Assembly: GCA_035550535.1 (NCBI GenBank)
Contig: DASZOX010000015.1
Coordinates: 1-47,459, forward strand
DNA: 47,459 nucleotides
DNA from: Minisyncoccota bacterium
GTDB lineage: Bacteria > Patescibacteriota > Minisyncoccia > Phycocordibacterales > UBA9973
Reading direction: 5' to 3'
Positions 9,159 through 16,508 of this stretch are shown here, in pieces (the first letter of the stretch is position 1; each line of letters begins with the position of its first letter). Below the pieces are notes generated by a model that did no database searches, was not told where the DNA came from, and was given only the letters and a program-made list of their open reading frames with translations. Position numbers and translations under genes: made by a program.

Positions 9159-10011
9159 CCACATGCTACGCGCGTCGTCGCTCTATGAACTCATTGATTG
9201 TGGAGAGGGGCGGAAGCTTGAGCGCTTTGGTGAGGTAGTACTCGATCGTCCTGATCCGCAGGCACTGTGGCAGAGGACGCATGCGCCGGAAATCTGGAGT
9301 ACTGCACACGCACAGTTTTTGTGGGGAGAGAAAGGAGAACGATGGAAAGTGATAAAAGAACTCCCAAAAAACTGGATGGTGCGGTGGAATGACGCGGCAT
9401 TTGTGCTCACACTAAAAGAATTCAAACACATCGGACTTTTTCCAGAGCACGCGCACCAATGGGAGGAAATCGCAGCGCTTGGCAGAAAATATAACGGTTT
9501 AAAAATGCTCAATCTTTTCGGCTACACCGGCGCGGCGAGTGTTGTTGCAGCGCTTTCTAGTATTGCGGTGACGCATGTCGATGCGTCCAAACAGACGATT
9601 GAAATATTGAAAGAAAATATGAAATTGTCTGGGCTTCCAGATAATGCAATTCGAACAGTGACAGAAGATGCGCTCAAATACGCAAAGCGCCTCGTCAGTC
9701 GCAAAGAAACATTTGATATTATCGTCATGGACCCGCCGGCGTTCGGCCGTGGCCCGAAGGGAGAAGTGTGGAAGATCGAAGAAGGACTTCCGGAACTCGT
9801 GTCGTTCATTCCGAAACTCCTTCCACCAAATGCGAAACTCGTGATCCTCAACGGCTACGCATCGGGTTTCGCCCCTCGAACATTTGGAGAACTATTGCAC
9901 GATGTGTTGAAAGAAAGAAACGGAGAAATTTCGTACGGTGACATATCTTTGCAACAAAAAAATTCCGACCGTCTTTTGACAACTGGAATTTATGCCTCCT
10001 GGACAAAATAA
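9145..10011 (+). CDS. Class I SAM-dependent (rRNA-type) methyltransferase, RlmI/RlmK-like
   Basis: LNLFGYTGAASV (SAM motif I) and IIVMDPPAFGRG (motif IV, DPP) are present. It overlaps the upstream gene by 14 nt. Confidence 0.75.
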   Translation: MEKIDHMLRASSLYELIDCGEGRKLERFGEVVLDRPDPQALWQRTHAPEIWSTAHAQFLWGEKGERWKVIKELPKNWMVRWNDAAFVLTLKEFKHIGLFPEHAHQWEEIAALGRKYNGLKMLNLFGYTGAASVVAALSSIAVTHVDASKQTIEILKENMKLSGLPDNAIRTVTEDALKYAKRLVSRKETFDIIVMDPPAFGRGPKGEVWKIEEGLPELVSFIPKLLPPNAKLVILNGYASGFAPRTFGELLHDVLKERNGEISYGDISLQQKNSDRLLTTGIYASWTK

Positions 10012-10053
10012 AATTGACATCATGTGGATTGGTAGTAAGGTTTAATAAAAACA

Positions 10054-10170
10054 ATGAAAATCGATAAAAACACCATTGAAGCAATCATGTTTGTTATATG
10101 TTTGCTACTATTAGTTCTAATTTGGGCAATCTCTCGATATGAAGATGTAATGGCACCATTTCAAAAATAA
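10054..10170 (+). CDS. Hypothetical small membrane protein (38 aa)
   Basis: Own translation gives MKIDKNTIEAIMFVICLLLLVLIWAISRYEDVMAPFQK, with one TM span. A strong terminator hairpin follows immediately. Confidence 0.4.
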   Translation: MKIDKNTIEAIMFVICLLLLVLIWAISRYEDVMAPFQK

Positions 10171-10192
10171 AGCTGCGAAAAGCAGCTTTTTA
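10171..10192 (+). terminator. Rho-independent terminator
   Basis: AGCTGC-GAAAA-GCAGCT followed by a T-run. Confidence 0.6.
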
Positions 10193-10227
10193 ATATATAA
10201 TTTCCGCGTTAAATTTATGCAAAAAAT

Positions 10228-10665
10228 ATGAAAGCGACGAAAGACAAAATAAATCCAAGACTCAAAGATCATTTGAAAGTCAAAAAAGGCGTCAATGGAC
10301 TCGGACTGTTTACGGACACCGACATCAAAAAGGGTGACTACATTATCGAATATTGGGGCAACATGCTTACTGCTGATGAGGCCGATGAAAAAGGCGGACA
10401 GTATCTCTTTGAGATCAATTCGAAGTGGACGATCGACGGCACGCGCCGCGACAACACCGCGCGCTATATCAATCACTCCTGTCGACCTAACTGTGAAAGC
10501 GACACGCGCGAGCGCGAGAAGCGCGTCTTTATCTTCGCGCGAAAAAATATCAAAGCCGGCGAAGAGCTCGCTTACGACTATGGTAAAAGTTTCTGGAACG
10601 AATGGATCAAACCAAAAGGGTGCCGCTGTGAAAAGTGTACTGAAAGAGCAACAAAAAGCGCTTAG
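10228..10665 (+). CDS. SET-domain protein (putative lysine methyltransferase) with post-SET Cys cluster
   Basis: GLFT..DIKKGDYIIEYWG, RYINHSCRPNC, ELAYDY and a C-terminal CRCEKC are present. Confidence 0.85.
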   Translation: MKATKDKINPRLKDHLKVKKGVNGLGLFTDTDIKKGDYIIEYWGNMLTADEADEKGGQYLFEINSKWTIDGTRRDNTARYINHSCRPNCESDTREREKRVFIFARKNIKAGEELAYDYGKSFWNEWIKPKGCRCEKCTERATKSA

Positions 10666-10686
10666 AGTCCTCCCTTAAAGAAGAAT

Positions 10687-10914
10687 TTAGTAATCACTCA
10701 TGAGTCCGTATGGATCCATCAGTTGTTCTATCTCGAGTTCTTCATCGTCATCAGCTGCATAGGGGTCTCTACCGTCGTCATCGAGCAACCCCATCGCATC
10801 ACCCTCCTCCTCTTCTCCCGCATTTTGCTCTGGATCTATCTCGTCTTCACCAGTGAACACTTCGTCAGGTATAGGGGTATCGGTATTTTCATGTACATCG
10901 CGTTCGTCATCCAT
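10687..10914 (-). CDS. Hypothetical highly acidic protein (75 aa)
   Basis: The ORF is Asp/Glu-rich throughout (DDERD..., EEEEGD, DDDEELE). It is co-directional with and 75 nt downstream of ruvC. There is no recognisable domain. Confidence 0.5.
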   Translation of the reverse strand: MDDERDVHENTDTPIPDEVFTGEDEIDPEQNAGEEEEGDAMGLLDDDGRDPYAADDDEELEIEQLMDPYGLMSDY

Positions 10915-10989
10915 AGTTTGTTGCCGATTTGTTGTTATTTAATTTATATGCACATAGTTGTAGCAAAATATATTTTTCTTTGCAATACT

Positions 10990-11475
10990 TCACGCAAGTT
11001 TTTTTTGGAACAGGGTGGGGATACCGGCGAGTCCGATGGCGATGGCATCAATCTCATCGTCAAACCTTCCTTGTAACTGGTTTTTGAGTAAAAGTTCTAC
11101 CATTTTTTTAACCTGTTTTTTATCAACAGCGCCACTGCCAGCAACGGCCAGCTTCACTTCTTGTGGAGAAAGCTCGATCACTTCTAAGGTATATGTCCCC
11201 GCGAGCAACAACACGACACCGCGAGCCTCGGCAACTTTGAGCGCCGTTTTTTTATTTATGGAAAAAAATAGTGTTTCAAGTGCGATTGTTTCAATATTCC
11301 ATTCTACAACGAGCCGCTCGAGTTCATTGTAGATGACCGCGAGACGTGTTTCTTGAGTATCGGTTTTTTTTGTAGTGATACATGCCGAGTGGAGGAGCTT
11401 CGGGTCTTTTGTTGTCGCATCGAACACTGCCACCCCACAACGGTCGTATCCGGGATCAATAGCGAGAAGTCTCAT
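10990..11475 (-). CDS. ruvC: Crossover junction endodeoxyribonuclease RuvC
   Basis: N-terminal MRLLAIDPGYDRCGVAV (catalytic Asp) and C-terminal DAIAIGL. Length 161 aa. Confidence 0.93.
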   Translation of the reverse strand: MRLLAIDPGYDRCGVAVFDATTKDPKLLHSACITTKKTDTQETRLAVIYNELERLVVEWNIETIALETLFFSINKKTALKVAEARGVVLLLAGTYTLEVIELSPQEVKLAVAGSGAVDKKQVKKMVELLLKNQLQGRFDDEIDAIAIGLAGIPTLFQKKLA

Positions 11476-11512
11476 ACGTCGATACTACCAGATTCTTAAG
11501 AGGAGCGCATAG

Positions 11513-12037
11513 TTATGCCGCATTGGTATACACCGCATGTACCTCGTCACTCTCTTCCAGTGCATCCACGAGTGCACCGAGCTTTTCAGCCTCATCGTCA
11601 TCAAGTGGCATTGTTGTGGTCGGAGTCCACTCACCATGTTCTTTGGAGAATCCCCACGCGACCGAGCCTATCGCGCCCAGGGTGCCGCCGTATTTAGAAA
11701 AGGCATGTTTGATTTCTGCAACGACCTTGTTGCGGTTGGCGGTAAGTGCTTCAACGATGATGCCAACCCCGCCCGGGCCGTACCCTTCGTAGGTAATCGA
11801 CTCGAGCAACTGTTGCCGATTGGCGCGGGCGATCGCTCGGTCGATGCTCTCGCCGGGCATATTTTCCGCGCGCGCCTTCTCTATTGCTGCACGAAGTCCC
11901 GGAGCGTTTTTGTCCCCGCCACTCTTTTTTGCTTCATTGGCGATCAGGAGCGCAAGCTTGGAAAAAAGTTTGCTCTTTTTCGCATCACTCGTGGCTTTTT
12001 TGTATTTGATCTGTTTCCATTTGCTATGACCTGACAT
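11513..12037 (-). CDS. yebC: YebC/PmpR family protein, short form (174 aa)
   Basis: Starts with the family signature MSGHSKWKQIKYKKA at the internal ATG 12037, 1 nt after the ruvB stop. The longer track ORF (to 12214) overlaps ruvB and is rejected. About 65 aa are missing relative to the roughly 240 aa of typical YebC. Confidence 0.85.
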   Translation of the reverse strand: MSGHSKWKQIKYKKATSDAKKSKLFSKLALLIANEAKKSGGDKNAPGLRAAIEKARAENMPGESIDRAIARANRQQLLESITYEGYGPGGVGIIVEALTANRNKVVAEIKHAFSKYGGTLGAIGSVAWGFSKEHGEWTPTTTMPLDDDEAEKLGALVDALEESDEVHAVYTNAA

Positions 12038-12038
12038 A

Positions 12039-13028
12039 CTATTTTTGGAGATACGCTTTTCCTTTTGCGGTGAGCACACGACCACGAGGAGTGCGTTCGA
12101 TGAGCCCGAGCTGGATAAGGTAGGGCTCGACCACTTCTTCGATGGTGCCCTCATCTTCACCGGTCGCGGCCGCAATGTTTTTGACACCTGTCGGGCCGCC
12201 CCCAAATTTTTCAAGAAGTGTTTTTAGTATGAGCACATCGCTTTTTGTAAGTCCTGCCTCATCGAGTCCGAGCAGTGCAAATGCTTCATGCACCGTTTGT
12301 TCATTAACGGACTGCTCGTACATCTGTGCATAATCGCGCACGCGGCGAAGCAGATAGTTGGCAGTGCGCGGCGTGCGGCGAGAGCGTGCGGCGATGGCGG
12401 CAACGGTAGCTGGGCTAGTAGTGATATGCAAGATGCGCGCCGACCGATCGAGAATATCCTCAATCTCTTCGTCGGAATAAAATTCGAGACGGAAGCTTCC
12501 TCCCGAGAAACGAGATCGCAGCGGTGCCGAGAGCATGCCAAAGCGCGTCGTTGCACCGACGAGGGTAAACGGAGGAAGCTCGAGTTGCACCGTGCGTGCA
12601 GAAGGACCTTTGCCGATCATGATGTCCATTTTTCCTGTTTCCATGACTGGATAGAGCACCTCCTCGATCGCTTTGTTAAGGCGATGAATCTCGTCAATGA
12701 AAAGCATATCGCCGGGGGTGAGATTGGTGAGGAGGGCGGCCAAGTCACCAACGCGTTCAATCGCGGGGCCGGAGGTAGTAGAGAGGTGGGCGCCCATCTC
12801 TTGCGCAATCACATGGGCAAGCGTCGTCTTGCCAAGCCCTGGCGGCCCGTAAAAAAGGATGTGTTCGGGGCTATGGCCGCGTGCCTTTGCTGCACCGATG
12901 AGAATAGAGAGATTTTTTTTGATGATCGGTTGACCGATATATTCATCAAAGGATGTTGGTCGCAACAGAGTATCAGAAAATTGATCGTCACCGAGCGGTT
13001 TGGGGGAAGGAGGGGGGGTACTTGACAT
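12039..13028 (-). CDS. ruvB: Holliday junction branch migration helicase RuvB
   Basis: Walker A GPPGLGKTTLA, Walker B DEIHRL, sensor region and a C-terminal winged helix. Length 329 aa. Confidence 0.97.
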   Translation of the reverse strand: MSSTPPPSPKPLGDDQFSDTLLRPTSFDEYIGQPIIKKNLSILIGAAKARGHSPEHILFYGPPGLGKTTLAHVIAQEMGAHLSTTSGPAIERVGDLAALLTNLTPGDMLFIDEIHRLNKAIEEVLYPVMETGKMDIMIGKGPSARTVQLELPPFTLVGATTRFGMLSAPLRSRFSGGSFRLEFYSDEEIEDILDRSARILHITTSPATVAAIAARSRRTPRTANYLLRRVRDYAQMYEQSVNEQTVHEAFALLGLDEAGLTKSDVLILKTLLEKFGGGPTGVKNIAAATGEDEGTIEEVVEPYLIQLGLIERTPRGRVLTAKGKAYLQK

Positions 13029-13084
13029 ATTTATTAGTTGTGCTAAACTCTTTTGCAGAAGAGAACACGACAGTAGTGTACCTT

Positions 13085-13230
13085 AAGAAGGCACTAATCT
13101 CTAAGCAGTCAGCCATTGGTTCTAGGTATATGCGCAGGACGTTTTGGTTACGACTGGGGCGCTCCTACAAGTATGCTTTACTTGCATATACTATTATTTG
13201 CAAGGACTGTTTAGAGATTAGTGCTTTTTT
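13085..13230 (+). ncRNA. Candidate structured ncRNA closed by a long helix and ending in a U-run (family unknown)
   Basis: GCACTAATCTCTAAGCAGTC (13091-13110) pairs with GACTGTTTAGAGATTAGTGC (13205-13224) over 20 bp. One pair is G-T, which works only as a plus-strand RNA. AAGAAG (13085-13090) can extend the helix against TTTTTT (13225-13230). An inner 8-bp helix forms between GTATATGC (13126-13133) and GCATATAC (13184-13191). The region is a 385-nt gap with no convincing ORF. Confidence 0.4.
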
Positions 13231-13253
13231 GGTAACTTTTAAAAAATTAAAAA

Positions 13254-13364
13254 ATGGAAAATAATAATTTAAAGAGTTCACGGCCAAACTCAACATTAAG
13301 TATCGTCGCGTTGATTATTGCAATAATGACTTTTTTCGCTCTAGTTGCGAAAAATTGTAATTAG
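13254..13364 (+). CDS. Hypothetical small membrane peptide (36 aa)
   Basis: Own translation gives MENNNLKSSRPNSTLSIVALIIAIMTFFALVAKNCN, with one hydrophobic span. A hairpin plus T-run follows. No obvious Shine-Dalgarno sequence was seen. Confidence 0.25.
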   Translation: MENNNLKSSRPNSTLSIVALIIAIMTFFALVAKNCN

Positions 13365-13387
13365 TTTATGAATTCATTTAAGTACTC

Positions 13388-13415
13388 CTCTGCAGGTTTT
13401 CCCTGCAGAGTTTTT
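13388..13415. terminator. Hairpin terminator between the small plus-strand ORF/ncRNA region and pilB
   Basis: CTCTGCAGG-TTTTC-CCTGCAGAG (9 bp) followed by TTTTT on the plus strand. It lies immediately after the pilB stop on the minus strand. Confidence 0.55.
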
Positions 13416-15153
13416 ATTTTTCATAGAGATCAACCACTGTTTTTAATTCGGCAAAATCAGTTTTTCCTTGCAAGATTTTTATAAGGCCATCTTCGCGCAT
13501 GTCGAGCGTCCCTTGGGCATCGGCGAGTTTCTTGATATCGCGCTCGCTCGGGTTTTGAGGAATTATCTTTTCAATAGTCTCGTTTGTTTCTATTGCCTCG
13601 AAAATGCCCGTGCGACCTTTGTAGCCAGTCTGATTGCACAGAGCGCACCCTTTTACTCCCCATAGTGTCGTGACATCTCGTGTTACACCGAATGCTTCCA
13701 TATGTTTTCCTTTTGCAACCGCTTCGTCCCAGATCGTGTTGATGAGTGTCCTTTCTTCTTCGGTTACTGGACGCTCATAGTTACAGTTGGGGCAGAGGGT
13801 GCGCACGAGTCGTTGCGCGATCGATAGCGTGAGTGCGCTCCCCATGATCTTGGGGTTCACCTCAAGGTCAATCAAGCGGGGAATCACTCCTGAGGCGCTG
13901 TTGGTGTGCAACGTGGAGAACACGAGGTGTCCGGTGAGTGCACTCTCGATCGCGATTTTTGCCGTCTCTGCATCGCGGATCTCGCCCACCATGATGACAT
14001 CGGGGTCTTGGCGCAGCGCTGAGCGAAGTCCTGCGAGAAAGGTGTACCCTTTTTTATGATCGGTTTGAGTTTGGGTAATACCGGGGAGGTGGTACTCGAT
14101 AGGGTCTTCGATGGTGATGATATTGATTTCAGGAGTGTAAATTTTTTGCAAAAAAGCGTAGAGCGTTGTTGTCTTTCCCGAGCCTGTCGGGCCAGTGAGG
14201 AGAATGAGCCCATTGGGTTTCTTGATCTCCCGCATAAAAATCTCAAGAAGTGGCGGAGAGATGCCGAGTCCTTCGAGTTGTACATGGATCGCTTTTGGGT
14301 TCAATATACGCAGCACGATGGACTCCCCATACGCCCCCGGGATGAGCGAAGTGCGAAAATTGATCTCCTGACTTTCCTGCATCGAGGACGGTGTTTGCTG
14401 CGGACCGACGCTTCCAAGGAATGCACTAAACCTGCCGTCCTGCGGAGTGTTGCTGATGGTGAGTTTGAGTCCGGAGAGCAGCTTGAGGCGAGTGGTGATT
14501 TGCCGATAGACTTCGTGGGTGAGCGTGGTGATGACATGGAGGACGCCGTCGAGGCGGAAACGAAGCTCCACCGTTTCTTCCATCGGTTCAATGTGAATAT
14601 CAGAGGCATCCAGACCAATGCCGGCGCCGATGACGATCTCGAGCAATCGAGAAAGGTGGTGGGTTGGGTCGTCGTCTTTGAGTGCACCTTGTATTTCGGC
14701 GACGGCATCGTCTATCGTTTTTACTTTTTGGCTGAGTTCGGTGAGCAACTGCGGTGAAATATCGAGTCCTCCCGCTCGGGAGCGTGTCGCAAACGAGAGA
14801 TCCTCATACCGCCCCCATACGCGCTGCATGCTCCGCTCACTCGCCATCACCAGAGTCACTTCGTACCCTTCTCCCTCGAGGAGCCGCTTCGCCTTGAGCG
14901 CGCCCTCGGCAACAGGAGAGCGGACGGCGAGAAATACTTTCTTGCCGATGAGTTTGTACGGGGCGACGTCGTAGGCACGAGCATCTTTTTCTTCAAGAAG
15001 GCGGAGCGCATCCGTGTCAATCGAGTGCCCAGTGAGGTCAACAAAGGGTACGCCGTAGCGGCTCTGCGCGAGCATCGCCACAAGGTCTTCCTCCTCCTGG
15101 GCGCGCAGCTCGCTGTAACGTTTTTGTTGTTGATCTTCGTCAAATTGCACCAT
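13414..15153 (-). CDS. pilB: Type IV pilus assembly / type II secretion ATPase (GspE/PilB family)
   Basis: Walker A GPTGSGKTTTLY, Asp box, Walker B IMVGEIRD, His box, and the tetra-Cys motif CPNC...CALC. Length 579 aa. Confidence 0.93.
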   Translation of the reverse strand: MVQFDEDQQQKRYSELRAQEEEDLVAMLAQSRYGVPFVDLTGHSIDTDALRLLEEKDARAYDVAPYKLIGKKVFLAVRSPVAEGALKAKRLLEGEGYEVTLVMASERSMQRVWGRYEDLSFATRSRAGGLDISPQLLTELSQKVKTIDDAVAEIQGALKDDDPTHHLSRLLEIVIGAGIGLDASDIHIEPMEETVELRFRLDGVLHVITTLTHEVYRQITTRLKLLSGLKLTISNTPQDGRFSAFLGSVGPQQTPSSMQESQEINFRTSLIPGAYGESIVLRILNPKAIHVQLEGLGISPPLLEIFMREIKKPNGLILLTGPTGSGKTTTLYAFLQKIYTPEINIITIEDPIEYHLPGITQTQTDHKKGYTFLAGLRSALRQDPDVIMVGEIRDAETAKIAIESALTGHLVFSTLHTNSASGVIPRLIDLEVNPKIMGSALTLSIAQRLVRTLCPNCNYERPVTEEERTLINTIWDEAVAKGKHMEAFGVTRDVTTLWGVKGCALCNQTGYKGRTGIFEAIETNETIEKIIPQNPSERDIKKLADAQGTLDMREDGLIKILQGKTDFAELKTVVDLYEK

Positions 15154-15248
15154 CGTCTCTCAAGTATAGCGTATATATGGATAAAACTGCCCAAAATAAG
15201 GGTGTTTTTGGGTATAACCACGACACAAAAATAGGGTATGAAAAGGAG

Positions 15249-15277
15249 TTGACAATGTATATCAAATATGCTATTAT
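15249..15277 (+). promoter_or_regulatory. Near-consensus sigma70-type promoter
   Basis: TTGACA (15249-15254), a 17-nt spacer, then TATTAT (15272-15277), about 40 nt upstream of the 15317/15323 start. Confidence 0.55.
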
Positions 15278-15316
15278 CATGTGGAATTAATTCATTTCTC
15301 TAACTAAAAAATATTT

Positions 15317-16375
15317 TTGAAAATGAAAAGGTACCTTGTAATTATAAATCTATTCCTAATAGGAATAGTAACAAAAGCGAACAACCTACCCTTTGTTTCG
15401 TGGGAAAATGTTCCGGGTAATCCAACACCCGATCAGTTGATTGGATATTTAAAATCGGCTGCATCAGGACAGGCAATCGATGGCGCGACAGTAAATGCCA
15501 AACCGTCTGATTATGAAGCTGTATGGGGGTCTAGCTTATATCAGTCAGTACTGAATGCCCCAGTCAGTAGTTTCTGTTTTGGTTTGTCCCAGGGCGGTGA
15601 AAGAAACAATGGCATTAGTCCAAATGGTGTTGCTGTAGGTGGGACATTAAAACCTGGAGTGCGTGTGATATTTTTTGTTGATAATGGCAAAAAAATTGCA
15701 ATCGCAAAATGGGGGTTTAATGGTTGCCTTAATCCTTTGGGAGAAATACAACCAAAAGCCGCTGGACCAGACATTGATGAACAAACCTCATCAGCCAATT
15801 CGCAACCTTCCGTAAATAATCAGCAGGTGACAATAGTTAATCCGCAGATTAGCTGGGACCAAGGCAAGAACATCTATGACCAAGGTCGTGATCAACGCGA
15901 GTTGGATATGTACCATGATGCTGATTTGTTTACGAAAATTCAGCAAAGTGGCAATAGTCAACAGCCCTCTACTGTCGGTGCATCAACAGTGGTTTACACC
16001 CAAGCGCCTGTGCAAAATGTTCCTTATCAGGAACCGGTGTACACGCAACAAAGGTCAAACTTTTGGGGCGACGTTGCAGGGACCGCGGTAGGAAGTTTTG
16101 TCGGGACATATCTCGGCAACCGTCTGGGCAACCGTAACTATGGTTATAGCTACTATCCGCAGCAGACGTACCAATATCGCGGCGGCGGTCGTCGTGGTAA
16201 TTATGGAAACAGTGGGAGAGTGTACAACACTACCCCACTAAATCCTTACGGATCCGTTGTGACCAATCCCGTGGTGAGGCGGTACAATACCTCTCAATTG
16301 AACGGCATTCTTGGTGGAAACCAGGGAGGTCAGGGATATGGAAATGGTAGTGGATATAATTACCACCCACTCTAA
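15317..16375 (+). CDS. Hypothetical secreted protein with Q/N/G/Y/R-rich low-complexity C-terminus
   Basis: Signal-peptide-like N-terminus (KRYLVIINLFLIGIVTKA). The start is TTG 15317 or ATG 15323. The C-terminal ~130 aa are rich in G, Y, N, Q and R (YGYSYYPQQTYQYRGGGRRGNYGNSG...GGNQGGQGYGNGSGYNY). A terminator hairpin follows. Confidence 0.7.
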   Translation: MKMKRYLVIINLFLIGIVTKANNLPFVSWENVPGNPTPDQLIGYLKSAASGQAIDGATVNAKPSDYEAVWGSSLYQSVLNAPVSSFCFGLSQGGERNNGISPNGVAVGGTLKPGVRVIFFVDNGKKIAIAKWGFNGCLNPLGEIQPKAAGPDIDEQTSSANSQPSVNNQQVTIVNPQISWDQGKNIYDQGRDQRELDMYHDADLFTKIQQSGNSQQPSTVGASTVVYTQAPVQNVPYQEPVYTQQRSNFWGDVAGTAVGSFVGTYLGNRLGNRNYGYSYYPQQTYQYRGGGRRGNYGNSGRVYNTTPLNPYGSVVTNPVVRRYNTSQLNGILGGNQGGQGYGNGSGYNYHPL

Positions 16376-16395
16376 GCTTTTGTTTCGAACTCATT

Positions 16396-16425
16396 AAGGA
16401 TGATGATCCGTCATCATCCTTTTAT
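16396..16425 (+). terminator. Rho-independent terminator
   Basis: AAGGATGATGA-TCCG-TCATCATCCTT (11 bp) followed by a T-rich tail. Confidence 0.65.
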
Positions 16426-16508
16426 TCTCTAGTGCTTCAGAGCCTATGTTCCAACCAATTTGGAGCACTAAAGAGTAATTATCGAATTATTAGTGGAAAG
16501 AAAAAAGT

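Noticed and set aside
12038-12214. N-terminal extension of the YebC ORF (track start at 12214)
   Set aside because: The extension overlaps the ruvB 3' end and has no YebC similarity. The family signature MSGHSKW begins at the internal ATG 12037.
12288-13025. 245-aa plus-strand ORF inside ruvB, and similar long antisense ORFs (14056-14757 and 14301-14708 in pilB; 19868-20452 in polA; 23837-24523 opposite the ZIP transporter; 33404-34138 opposite mscL; 35765-36310; 11537-12034)
   Set aside because: All lie antisense or out of frame within genes that carry unambiguous family motifs. They are Arg/Ser/Cys-rich and lack motifs, as is typical of shadow ORFs in moderately GC-rich coding DNA.
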